Shown one piece after another: positions 50,615 to 62,642 of a DNA stretch of 64,000 nt. This DNA is from an uncultured Bacteroidales bacterium (GTDB lineage Bacteria > Bacteroidota > Bacteroidia > Bacteroidales > UBA10428): assembly GCA_963790105.1 (NCBI GenBank), contig CAWBNI010000025.1, forward strand, positions 76,638 to 140,637, given 5' to 3'. The notes under the pieces were generated by a model. The model did not search any database. It saw only the letters and a list, made by a program, of their open reading frames with translations, and was not told the DNA's origin. Numbering within the stretch: position 1 is the first letter of the stretch; each line of letters opens with the position of its first letter. The translations under genes were made by a program, and so were the position numbers.

Positions 50615-52511
50615 TTCGTATCCGGTTTACAAGAGAGAAAAATTTTTGTCCATGTACAAGGATCTTTAATCCCTGTCTTTTGAGTGATATGTTGGCATTG
50701 GTTTTTACATGTTCACCCGACCGGTGTGAATAGGCTGATAAAATATCCTTATAGGATAATATCCCGATTACCTTATCAGGTTCTTTATCCGACACCACCG
50801 GCAGAACTTCAAGATCCTCCCTGGCCATGATTTCAACTGCCGTTCTCAGGTTGCTTTCATTGCTTATTACAACCTGGTGTTTTTTTATGAGCGAATCAAT
50901 TAACTCTTCACCCCGGTTAAAAAGGCTGTATATATCGATCAGACTGACAATCCCTTTGAATTCTCCCTCGTTTGTCACCACAATAAAATAATTTGAATTG
51001 ATTTGCAGGTTGCTTTTAAGCCATTCCCTTATTTCGCCGATTGTATTTTCAGAACTCAGGGCAATTTCATTTGGTTTTATAACCTGCCTTAACGTTAATT
51101 TTTCCAGTACATCGGGTTCATACGAATGCGGGGTTTTAATGCCCCTTCGGGCTATTTTTTCGGTCATGATAGTAGTTTCCATCAGTAAAAAGGAAACAAA
51201 GTAAGAGGTAATGCAGGCTGCCAGAAGTGGAAGCAGGGCATTGATCTGCAAGGTGGTTTCAAGGGCGAAAATTATGGAAGTCATTAGGGCCCTGGATGCA
51301 CCAGCGAACATGGCTGACATTCCAACCAAAGCGCAGACAGGAATTGAAACACCCGAATAGGGGAAAAGATATAAGGATCAATTTACCGGCCAATGCACCG
51401 GTGGCTCCTCCGATGGTCAGCAGGGGAGCCAGTGTTCCACCGGATGTTCCGCTTCCCAGGGCAATAGCCCATGAGATAAATTTCAAAATAGCCAAGGTGA
51501 ACAGGATGTTTAGCGTCACATGCCCTGTAAGAATATCTTTAATATTTTCATAACCCACACCCAGGGTGCGGGGTGCATAATATCCGATAATACCTACTGC
51601 GAGTCCGCCGATGGCCGGCCACCACATCCAGTGAACAGGAAGCTTGCCGAATCCGTCTTCAATGACAAAAACAATGCGTGTGACCAGGGCCGACATTACG
51701 CCAATGAATAAACCAATTACCGCATACCCGGCAAGTGCCGGTAATACCATTATGTATTATCAACATTGTTCATTCCGAATACAGGCTCAGGTCCGAACAG
51801 GATAACATGGGCAGCAGCACCGGTAATGCAGGCCAGGGACACAGGAATAATGGAAACATGCGAAAATTCAAACAGCAGCAATTCAATGGCAAGAAATATG
51901 GCAGCGATGGGACTTCCGAAAATTGCCGACATACCTGCCGCGGCTCCGGCAGCCAAAAGTATCTTCCGTTCATGGGAGGATATTTTAAACAACTGCCCGA
52001 TAGTGGATCCGAGGGCTCCGCCTGTAGCAATGATGGGGCCTTCTGCGCCAAAGGGTCCGCCGGTTCCGATAGAAATTGCAGATGAAAGTGGTTTTAAAAA
52101 CGTAATGGAAGGTTTTATCCGGCTCTGGTTGACCAGAATCTGCTCCATGGCTTCGGGTATCCCATGGCCCCGGATAGCTTTCGAACCATACATGGCCATT
52201 AATCCAACTATAATCCCCCCCGCCACAGGTACCAGGATCACAAAAATTCCCAAGGAATTACCGGCCGGTCCAACGTGTATTGTCGAAAAAGTACCATGAA
52301 ATGCAATGTTTGTAAATAAATCAATCAGGTAAATGAGCAGTTTGGCAATTATGCTTACCAGGAGAGCAATGAGCAAGGCCAGGAGCGATATAGTGATCAA
52401 CCTTGATTTATTGGCACTAACATTCTGCTGAATGTGTTCTGCTTCGAGCGTAGGTTTAAGTGAAATTGATATAGGAATTCCGTTTGTATAAACGTGTGGG
52501 TTTTTCATCAT
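50607..52511 (-). pseudogene. ClC-family chloride channel/antiporter with a C-terminal CBS pair, 2 frame changes
   Basis: Motifs GHGIPEAME, GTGGPFGAEGP and GSPIAAIFLAIE. CBS domains lie in 50607-51329. Confidence 0.8.
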
Positions 52512-52584
52512 GGCACCTGATAATTGATTAACCAGGGTAATAAAAAAACAAGTGAACGGAACTTTTGTTGATCCCCGAACTCTT

Positions 52585-54022
52585 CTATATGATCGCCGAA
52601 AAGCGGTTGATGATCTCTGACAGGAATGATGGGATTATCCCCAGGAGAAGAATACCGATCACCACAATGGCAAGGACCAGATTTCCGGTGAGAGGATAAA
52701 CGAACATGTTCCCGGGATTCGGATTCTGTAAACATGATTTTTATTATTCTCAGGTAGTAATAAATGCTGATCACACTATTGATTATCAGGCTCATTACAA
52801 GCAGCCATAAGCCGGAGCGAATACCCGCAAGTACCAGGTAAAACTTGGCTATAAATCCGGCAGTTAATGGAATTCCGGCCAATGAAAGAAGGGTCAGGGA
52901 CAACACAATGGCAATCCAGGGATTTTTCCAGAAAAGGCCTTTCAGGTCTTCAGTATTTTCAGCCTCACTTTCACAAACCGATAACAGGGAAATGATCCCA
53001 AAGGCTCCTACCGTTGTGATCATGTAGGAGATCATATAAAACACGGCGGCCTGGGTTCCCAGTTCTGTCCCCGTCAGCAACGTAATCATCAGGTATCCGA
53101 GGTGGGCGATGGATGAATAGGCAAGCAGCCGCTTAAAGTTGGTCTGGTTTAAGGCCAGCAGGTTTCCTGCAAACATCGAAATCACGGATATAACAGAAAT
53201 GATCACTATCAATGTTTCAGATTGAGAGCCCCGGATGGCATAAAAGAAGCGGATGGAGATGGCCAGTACGGATCCCTTTGAAATAGTGGCAATAAACGTT
53301 GTTACAGGTGCAGGAGCTCCCTGGTAAACGTCTGGTATCCACATGTGAAAGGGCACCAGGGCCAGTTTAAATCCTATGCCCACAAGCATCATCCCTATGC
53401 CGATGGTTATGAGGGGAGAAATATGTGGCCCGGAAAAAAAAGGAGTTAAATTGCTAAAGCTCATGGTACCTGTGGCTGCATATACCAGGGCCATTCCAAA
53501 CAGCAAGGAAAGCAGTGGACAAGGGATGCAATAACAAGAAATTTCACCCCTGCTTCCACACTGTAATCCCTCTGCTTTACATAAGCAATGAGAACATACA
53601 GCGAAATACTCAGCGTTTCAAGTCCGATGAAGAAGGTTACGAAATGGCTTGCCGTAACCAGCACACTGGCACCCAGGGTGGCCACGAAAAGACAGGATAA
53701 AATATTCCTCACGTTGTCCGCCATGCTGGGTAAGATAAACATAGGAGATGACCGTGATTAGCAAACATACACACAATAAAGCTCCCAAAAATACAAGGCT
53801 GAAATTATCAATCACCAGCAAGGGTTCAATCCGGTGGGGAATATCCGGCACTATAAAAAAGATGGAAAGAAATGCTGCAGCAAACATGATGAGCGAAAAG
53901 CCGTAAATGACCTTCAGGTTTCGGGATACTGTGATGGTGAGCATCATGATAACCGGAGCACTTGCTAAAATCAGCAAGGGAAGCAGGCACAGAAAATCAA
54001 GTTTAGTCATACTACCGTGCAT
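52585..54022 (-). pseudogene. nuoN: NADH:quinone oxidoreductase subunit N, about 3 frame changes
   Basis: Pieces ending at 54022, 53742 and 53506. The native tail PLTGNLVLAIVVIGILLLGIIPSFLSEIINRFSAII* ends at TAG 52585-52587. Confidence 0.75.
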
Positions 54023-54099
54023 TGTTTTTCAGCTTTGTTGTTTCAGAAGGACTAAAATGTTCATCACTTAATACATATTCTCCCTGCCGGGTCTTTTTT

Positions 54100-55576
54100 T
54101 CAAATGCCGGGCCGGTTGCCGTTGAGTGTTTTCAATATGGCCGGTCTGGCAGTATTGATAACCTGATTGAGGAAAAAAGCCCAGGTAGAATATTACAATC
54201 ACCATGACTCCCAGTGTAAATGATTCCCTCATGCGAAAGATCCTTCAGTGGCTTATCTGAATTTCGTTTTCCATAAAACACCCGCTGCATGATCCGGATC
54301 GAATACAGGGTTGCAAAAACCAATCCGATGCTGGCAAGACAGGCAAACAGAACATTAACTTTAAAGACTCCTGTTAGTGTGAGGAATTCTGCAATAAAAT
54401 TGCCTAGACCCGGCAATCCGAGTGAGGCCATGACAAACACCAGTCCGATGGCACCCATGGCGGGCACCTGTTCCCATAAACCTCCCATCTTACGGAGGTC
54501 ACGTGTATGCATGCGTTCATACAGCTGGCCTGAAATAATAAACAGGGCACCTGTACTGATGCCATGCGCGATCATCTGCATCACCACGCCCTGGTATGCC
54601 ATCTCATTAAAGGCAAAGACTCCCAGTACAATAAAACCCATATGATTTACGCTGGTATATGCCACCAGCCTTTTAAGATCCGTCTGCGCAAAGGCCAGTA
54701 TGGCTCCGTATAAAATGCCGGCCACGCCCAGGATCATGCCTGCCGGCGCAAAGACCTCGGATGCATGCGGGAATAACGGAATAACAAATCGCAATAAGCC
54801 ATAGGCGCCGGTTTTCAGCATCAGCGAAGCCAGGATGAGACTTCCTGCTGTAGGAGCTTCTGTATGTGCATCGGGTAGCCAGCTATGGAACGGTACCACG
54901 GGTAATTTAACAAGAAATGCCGCCAGGAAACCACCCATGATCAGCATTTCAGCCCTGGGGGTCATGGATGTACCGATCAGTTCCTGGTAATCAAAGGTAT
55001 AAAGACCCGTGTTGTGTCCATGAATAAGGTATAGGGCAATGATGGCAATAAACATCAGCAATCCGCTGGCCTGGGTAAATATGAAAAACTTATAGGAAGC
55101 ATATATCCTGTTTTCATGTCCCCAGATGCCAATCAGAAAATACATGGGGATCAGCATTACTTCCCAGAAGAAATAAAACAGAAACAGGTCCATCGAAAGA
55201 AATACGCCGGTAATTCCAGCGAGTATCCACAGGATGTTAAAATGAAAGAAGCCGGTTCTGTATAGATATTTCACGCCAGGAAATCAGAACTGCGAGTATT
55301 CCGATGAAGTAGGTAAGAATCAGCAGGAGAAGGCTTAATCCATCCAGAGCCAGGTGAAGCTGAATGCCAAACAAGGGTATCCAGGTTCTTGTAAATTCGG
55401 TTATCCACATACTTTGCGGGTCATAACCCCGGCCATAAACGGACAGTACCAGGAGTAAATCAACCGTGACCGAAAGGAGGGAAACATAGCGTGAAATCAC
55501 CGGATTGTTTTTTCCGGCTAACCAGGCTATCACGCCCCCGGCCATCAAAATAAGGATAAGGTATTACGAGTATCAT
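54100..55576 (-). pseudogene. nuoM: NADH:quinone oxidoreductase subunit M, 4 frameshifts
   Basis: The ATG at 55576 overlaps the nuoL stop (ATGA). Frames 1>0>2>1>0, each step one extra nt. Ends at TGA 54100-54102. Confidence 0.8.
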
Positions 55577-57454
55577 ATCGTAAGCATAATAGTGAGTAAA
55601 ATCACCAGTCCAGCCGTCAATACAAGGGCATACAACCTGAGTTTGCCGTTTTGCGACCTGCTGAGCAAACCGTTAAAGAACATGACGGACTGCGCTATAT
55701 AGGTAAAGATCTTATCGAGCACATCGTTTTTGTTAATAGCGGATATCCATTCAACAGGCCTTACGATCAACCGGTCATACAGCCAGTCGAATCCCCATCC
55801 CCTATAAAAAAAGTCATTCAGTCCGTGCTGATTGAACAGGGCAGGGAAGGACTTCTTTTTATAATAATAGACATATGCCAGCCAGACACCGCCCAGCGCT
55901 ATAATCGCAGAAATAACCTGGAACAGCCATTCCGGTAAGTGCCTCGCCGGTCAGATGTGACTTCCGGAAACAGGGGGTTCAACAAGGTTGAAAAAAGATG
56001 TACTGGTCCCAGGTTTTCAGGCAATTCTATAAAACCGCCGGCCAGCGAAAGAAAGGCAAGAACTAGCCAGCGGAATTCCCATCAGAATGCCGGGTTTATG
56101 TTTGGGTTCAATTTTAAGCTCTCCGAAAAAGGTAAGAAATATCATCCGGAAAGTATACAGCGAGGTAATCAGGGCACCCGCAATACCGGCAAGCCATAGC
56201 CATTTGCTTCCCATGCCGGACGACCACGAAAACCAGAGGATCTGGTCCTTGCTGTAAAAGCCTGCCGTGATGAGAGGCAGTGCAGACAGTGATGCACCGC
56301 CAATGAGGAAGGTGATGAAAACCAGGGGCAGTTTTTTTCGCAAACCTCCCATTTTGTGCATATCGTGTTCCTCATGCAGCAACAATATCACACTTCCGGC
56401 GCCAAGAAAGAGCAGAGCCTTAAAGAACGCATGGATCATGAAATGGAAAATGGCAGCTGACCAGGCGCCCACTCCCAGGGCAAGGAACATATAACCGATC
56501 TGGCTTATCGTGGAATAGGCAAGTACACGTTTCAGATCGTGCTGGTTCAAAGCACTGAAGCCGGCAATAAACAGGGTTGCTGCGCCGATGATGGCTACCA
56601 GGGTCTGAACTGCAGGTGCCAGGCTGAACAGAACATGGGTGCGGGCAATCAGGTATACTCCGGCTGTTACCATGGTTGCTGCATGGATGAGTGCACTGAC
56701 CGGCGAGGGACCGGCCATGGCATCAGGCAGCCAGGTCTGCAGGGGCAGCTGGGCGGATTTTCCCACCGCTCCTCCCAGCAGCAGCAAGGCAGAGATCACC
56801 GCAAGCGGCGAGCCGGAATGCCATTGAACAGGCGCCTGCTGCATGAGGGTATCAATATCCAGGGTTCCAAAACTTACAAAAACAGGAATAATCCGATGAT
56901 CATGAAGGTATCACCGATACGGGTAACGATAAATGCTTTGCGGGCAGCATTGTTGTTTTCAGGATCCTTATACCAGAAGCCGATCAGCAGGTAACTGCAT
57001 AATCCGACTCCTTCCCATCCAAGGTAAAGAAGCAAGCAGATTTCCGGCCAGCACCAGGACAAGCATGGAGGCAACAAACAGGTTCATATAGGCGAAAAAC
57101 CGCGAAAAGCCCTCATCGTCCTGCATGAATTCAACCGAATACAGATGGATCAGGGCACCCACAAAGGTGATGACAAAACAAAATACAAGGGAAAGGGCAT
57201 CCAGTTTAAGGGTTATGCCGGCAGTAAATCCACCTGCATTCATCCAGGTATACAGGGTGGATGTAACTGCTGTTCCCCCGGGATGTGAAGAGAGAAAATT
57301 AATCCCCGATAACCATGGTAAGCATGGCAGACAGGCAGACAGAGCCAACGGCAATGACGGCAACAGCCCGGCGTGACAGTATCCTGCCAAAGAAAACGAT
57401 AATCAGAAAACTGAGAACAGGCAAACCGGGTATTAGTCCAATATAGGCATCCAT
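55573..57454 (-). pseudogene. nuoL: NADH:quinone oxidoreductase subunit L, about 6 frame changes
   Basis: Start MDAYIGLIPGLPVLSFLII at 57454. Pieces ending at 57390, 57077, 56844 and 55770, with further shifts in 55770-56017. Confidence 0.75.
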
Positions 57455-57480
57455 CTGCAATTGTTTATATTACTTTTTTA

Positions 57481-57786
57481 TCATGCAACTTTCTGAATCG
57501 AATCCGCATCAAGGGTTTTGAAATGATGATACATCTGAAGGATAAGGGAAAGCCCGACAGAAACCTCGGCCGCCGAAACCGTCAGAATAAAAATAAACAT
57601 TACCTGTCCGTCGGTCTGCATCCAGTGCGATCCGGCAATCACAAAAGCAAGTCCGGCACTGTTCAGCATGATTTCAATGGATAACAGCATATAAATCACA
57701 TTCCGGCGCACCAGGAAACCGACCAGTCCGATCAGGAAGATCATCCCGGCAAACATCAATTGAATTTCCATTGACAGGGTTACCAT
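57481..57786 (-). CDS. nuoK: NADH:quinone oxidoreductase subunit K
   Basis: Intact 101 aa with three TM helices, in the correct position between nuoJ and nuoL. Confidence 0.85.
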   Translation of the reverse strand: MVTLSMEIQLMFAGMIFLIGLVGFLVRRNVIYMLLSIEIMLNSAGLAFVIAGSHWMQTDGQVMFIFILTVSAAEVSVGLSLILQMYHHFKTLDADSIQKVA

Positions 57787-57789
57787 ATC

Positions 57790-58348
57790 TTAAGCCTGTT
57801 TGTTTAGTTAACGTCTTTTCTTCCCCGGGTTGTTTTACCAGGAACCGGTGGATGACTTTCTTTTTCTGTTTACCCAGGTGATAGGCCCCGACTATACCGG
57901 CCATCAGAACACTGCAGCTATTTCAACAGCAATAAGATAGGTTGTGAAAAGGGAAACGCCAACCTGTTTGGGTGTAATTACAACCGCTGACTGTATTCAC
58001 CGAATGCAATTGCCTCATGGCATACACCAGAATGGCCAGCAGTGCACAGTGACAGGAATAACAGGCAAAATCCACATCCGGGGTTTCAGCCATTTGTTTT
58101 CGATTTCTTCTTCCAGGCCAATGTTGAGGATCATCACAACAAATATGAACAATACCATGATGGCACCGGCATAGACAATCACTTCAAGGGCTGCAATAAA
58201 AGGTGCACCCGAAATATAAAATATGATTGAAATGGAAAGAAGCGACAGGATCAGGTACAGCAGGGCATGAATAGCATTGCGGTTGGTGATCGACATCAGC
58301 GATGAGATCAGGGCGATGGATGGCTGCAATAATAAAAATCGTATTCAT
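57790..58348 (-). pseudogene. nuoJ: NADH:quinone oxidoreductase subunit J, 2-3 frame changes (3' end approximate)
   Basis: ATG at 58348 (MNTIFIIAAI) shifts into ALISSLMSITNRNAIHALLYL..VYAGAIMVLFIFVVMIL. The tail is in 57674-57904. Confidence 0.65.
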
Positions 58349-58369
58349 GTATTCACTGAATATTATTTT

Positions 58370-58885
58370 CTAATGAATCAGACTTTTCAAATCAACCGGG
58401 GGTTCTTCATTTTCACCCGTTCCGGTATCTTTCACTCCCATATCTACTCCTGCCACACGGTAAAAATTATATCCCGGATATTTTCCCTGTCCGCTGATCA
58501 GCAGGTGCTCTTTTTCATAGACCAGGTTCTGACGGTCATATTCTGCCATTTCAAAATCGGGGATCAGCTGGATGGCATAGGTAGGGCATGCCTCTTCACA
58601 AAGGCCGCAATAAATACATCGCGAAAAATTGATCCTGAAAAACTCCGGATACCGCCTTCCGTCCGTATCCTCGGTCGACTGCAAGGCGATGCAGTCCACC
58701 GGGCAGGCAGCTGCACATAGATTACAGGCAACACATCTTTCTTTCCCGTCAGGGTCGCGGGTCAGCACAATCCTTCCCCTGTAACGCGGCGGCAAATAGG
58801 GTTTCTTTTCAGGATATCCCCTGGTTTCGCGTTTATGAAATGCATGCAGGAATGTGATCCATATGCTTCTTAATATACTTATCAT
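58370..58885 (-). CDS. nuoI: NADH:quinone oxidoreductase subunit I (2x[4Fe-4S])
   Basis: Intact 171 aa. [12 protein letters not shown] and [12 protein letters not shown]. Confidence 0.9.
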   Translation of the reverse strand: MISILRSIWITFLHAFHKRETRGYPEKKPYLPPRYRGRIVLTRDPDGKERCVACNLCAAACPVDCIALQSTEDTDGRRYPEFFRINFSRCIYCGLCEEACPTYAIQLIPDFEMAEYDRQNLVYEKEHLLISGQGKYPGYNFYRVAGVDMGVKDTGTGENEEPPVDLKSLIH

Positions 58886-59830
58886 ACCGTTCTATAAATT
58901 ATAACTGCACCAGTAATTAATATGTTGAGCAAAACAAGGGGTAACAGAACTTTCCAGCCCACTTCCATCAGCTGGTCATATCTCGGCCGGGGAAGTGAAG
59001 CCCGGATAAGAATGAACATGCAGATAAAAAACGCTGTTTTGAAAAAGAACCAGAATGCGGGCGGTAAAAAAGCGGGACCCAGCCAGCCCCCAAAGAAAAG
59101 AGTGGCAATGAGGGCAGAAATAAGGGTAACACCCATATATTCACCGACGAAGAACATGCCGAATTTCATTCCCGAATATTCGGAATGATATCCTGCCACC
59201 AGTTCGCCTTCTGCTTCCGGAATATCGAAGGGTGTACGGTGTGTTTCTGCCAGACCGGCGATAAAGAATATCACAAAACCCGACAAACTGGGGAAGTATA
59301 AACCAGCCTCCCCGCTGTGCTTCAACAATTTCGCGAAGGCTGAAGCTGTCGGCCATCATAACGACACCCACAAGCGACAGACCCATAAATACTTCATAGG
59401 TAAGCATCTGGGCTGAACCACGGATTGATCCCAAAAGGGAATATTTATTGTTTGAAGCCCATCCGCCGAGGACAATGCTGTATACGCCCAGGGAAGAATT
59501 GCCCAGGAAGAAAAGCAGGCCGATGTTGGAATCCAGTACCAGGAATTTATCGGTAAAAGGAATAACGGCAAAGGTGAGCAGGATACTGCCTACCAGGATG
59601 CCGGGCGCCAGAACAAACACTCTTTTATCGGCAAAGGGCGGGATCCAGTCTTCTTTGAAAAAGATCTTTATCACATCGGCAATTACCTGCAGCAGACCGA
59701 ACGGACCCACACGGTTCGGACCATACCTGTCCTGGAAAAGCGCCAGCAGCCTTCTTTCAACATATATCAGGCCTGCCGCTATGGTCAGCACAATCAGTAA
59801 TACACCTGCAATAATAAATACATACTTCAT
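58882..59830 (-). pseudogene. nuoH: NADH:quinone oxidoreductase subunit H, one frameshift
   Basis: 59141-59830 (VERRLLALFQDRYGPNRVGPFGLLQ) plus 58882-59328 ([27 protein letters not shown]). Frames 1>0. Confidence 0.85.
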
Positions 59831-59870
59831 ACTGTATCCATTTCAAAAGTTATTTTCTATCCTAACATTT

Positions 59871-59946
59871 CGAAATCGTAAATCGTACAATCGCGATTAC
59901 CGTATCCTACCGATGTACCGATTACCGATTACCGATCACCGATCAC
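59871..59946. repeat. Word-stutter array inside the nuo operon (nuoG-nuoH spacer)
   Basis: CGAAAT CGTAAAT CGTACAAT CGCGATTAC .. CGATGTAC CGATTAC CGATTAC CGATCAC CGATCAC. The last units encode GVIGDR* of nuoG. Confidence 0.95.
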
Positions 59947-62640
59947 CCCCCAGGCCGGCAATCCTATAAAAGGGATTTCCGGCAACATGGAAATACCCGC
60001 AATGCCATCCGGAATATGAGGATCTGTAAGGATCACAGCCTCCAGATTATTTTCATTTATGCTGATCTTGTAAACTGTGTTTTCACTGAGCTTTAATTTT
60101 GCTGCCATTCCAATACTGAGCAGAACAAAGGGTTGTGGAATTAGTTCAGCAATTGCCTGACCATGAGCACTTAATTCCTCTGAGCCGAAAATGCGGTGTA
60201 CCGGGACAAACAGAAATTCCCCGTTCCTTTGTTTAAAGGGTTCCGGCACCCTGATGATTTATCAGTCCGGAAGGCAAAGCAGTCCGGTCAAACAGCCGCA
60301 CACCCGGATTGCCATCCCATACCGGTCCGTCAGGTTCTTTCAGGTATTTATTGATCGCCTGTGCTGAATTCCAGCCGGGTGACCAGTAGTAGGGAATGAG
60401 TTCAGCGGGAGGATATCCCTTGTATCCTTCCATGCTGAATTTCAGGGGTGAATCCGGATCCTGGGGCGGTTCGGGTTCACTTACGTTTTGCCTTGCATTC
60501 ATGGCAGTGCGGCCACTGAATCGTGATGTTTGCCGCGCGATCTTTTCGTTATAAAAGGTAAATCCTGCATCCGGCATTTGCTCCTTAATTCCTGAAAAAA
60601 CAGGATAGGCTTCCACAAGCGAATTCAACCACCTCGTCAAATTTTTGCCATGAATGGATATTTTTGCCGGATAGATTCATCAGATCCGATGATCCATTGC
60701 CAGTTTTCTTTCACCGGATCCCTGGCAGGCAAAGCACTGTAATACCTTTGTGCACGGCCTTCGTGGTTCACAAGGGTGCCGGCCGATTCAGCATACACGG
60801 CGGAGGGGATTACCAGGTCTGCCTTGAGAGCAGTGGCATGCATCAGGTGATCGAGCACAATAACATGCGGGCATTTTTCAAGAATTTTATCTGCCTGTTT
60901 TGCCGGAAGCCTTCTGTAAAGATCGTTTTCAAGAATGATCAGTACCTCGGGCGGCTGCTGTGTCAATCTGTGCGAGTGCATCGTTCAGATGCCCGCCTTC
61001 CATCATACCAAGTCCTGCGCTGTTGCTTTCAGGGAAAGCGATCGCAATGGACAGCTTTTTATTCCTTCCCGGTAAACGCTTTACATTATTTTGGTCACTG
61101 CATCCAGAATCTCCATGCTGCCTCCGGTAATACCTGTGACGATCAAAGGATTTTCCGCTGAAAGAAGGGTCTCACTTATCCTGGAGGCCATTTCTTTCAA
61201 TGATTTGTCAGTCATCTTTATCTTCAGAATCCGGCGGATCCGATGGCAGATGCAACTGCAAAGCCCAGGCGGGCTATATCATCCGGAGCGGCATACCATG
61301 TTTCCGTAGCCACATCATCGAGTTTGGTTGAGAAGGGGAGGCAATAAACAAGGGACTTTTCACCTCATGATTCAGCTGGCGGACAGCAGAATCGTTCCAT
61401 TCAGGAATTCCCATTTTGGAAGCGATGCCGATGGACTTGTTCCGGATGCACTGGCGGACCGACAACGCCATCATGGGTGCCGTATTTGTAATGTCTTCTC
61501 CCAGGATCAAAACAGCATCGCATTTTTCAATTTCTTTCAGCGAGGGTATATGCGCCATGCCTGATCTGCAGGATCTCCAGTGCTTTTTTTACCATTTCAT
61601 ATTCCCTTGGATGAAACTCCATGGTAGAAATTATCCTTTCCGACAAATTCTGACAAGGCAAAATTTGCCTCCAGGGATGCCCTCGGAGAGCCAATTCCCA
61701 TTAATTCATTTCCTTCGAGGGAAGCAGTAAGTCCGGTCAATTGATCCAGGCCATGTATTTCATTCAAGGGATCTTTTTTTGAATCCCGAACAAGGATCTG
61801 CCGGATACGGTCTGTACTTTCAATGAATTCATAGCCAAACCGTCCCCGGTCGCACAGGAAATAGCCGTTAATATCCCCGTGATACCGGCTCAGCGTGCGT
61901 CTTACTGATCCATACCGCTCGCCGAGGATGGTATTGCAGCCCACACTGCAATGCACGCATACCGATGGTCCATTGGTGAGGTCCCATTTACGGGTATAAT
62001 GTTTTTTCAGGGTTTTATCGGTAAAAACACCGGTGGGGCATACTTCAACAAGGTTTCCGCTGAATTCGCTTTCAAGGGTTCCTTCCTTCTGTCGTCCAAA
62101 ATAAACATGATTTGCAGAACCATATACATTCAGGTCCTTTCCGCCTGCATAGTCCTTATAAAATCTTACACACCGGTAACACTGGATGCAGCGGTTCATT
62201 TCATGCTGAATGAAAGGGCCCAGGTATTGATTTGTATAGGTTCTCTTTTTAAATACAAACCGCCTGTAGTTATGACCGGTCATCACGGTCATGTCCTGCA
62301 GGTGACATTCTCCTCCTTCATCGCATATGGGGCAATCATGGGGATGATTGGTCATCAGTCCTTCCACAACGCCAGCCCTGAAATCCGCTGCATCTTTATC
62401 ATCAACTGAAACCAGCATGCCATCGGTTACAGGTTCCATGCATGACATCACAATTTTGCCTGTTTTGTCGTCGGGATTTGCATATTTCTTAACTGCGCAC
62501 TGACGGCATGCACCCACTGATCCCAGGGCAGCATGATAGCAAAAATAGGGAACATCGATACCCAGGGCAATACAGGTTTCGAGAAGATTTTTGCCTTCCT
62601 TTACCTCATAAATAATACCGTCTATCTGTATTTTTATCAT
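59929..62640 (-). pseudogene. nuoG: NADH:quinone oxidoreductase subunit G (long, E. coli-like form), at least 5 frame changes
   Basis: Start MIKIQIDG at 62640. Motifs [25 protein letters not shown] and [11 protein letters not shown]. Collinear pieces end at 61558, 60981, 60640 and 60249. Confidence 0.85.
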
Positions 62641-62642
62641 AA

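Noticed and set aside
51766-52299. Long ORFs antisense to real genes (for example 51766-52299 +, 30277-30921 -, 19185-19643 +, 27930-28499 -, 58277-58720 +)
   Set aside because: They lie opposite genes with clear family motifs, have low-complexity or Pro/Arg/Ser-rich translations, and show no recognisable domains. They are typical shadow ORFs.
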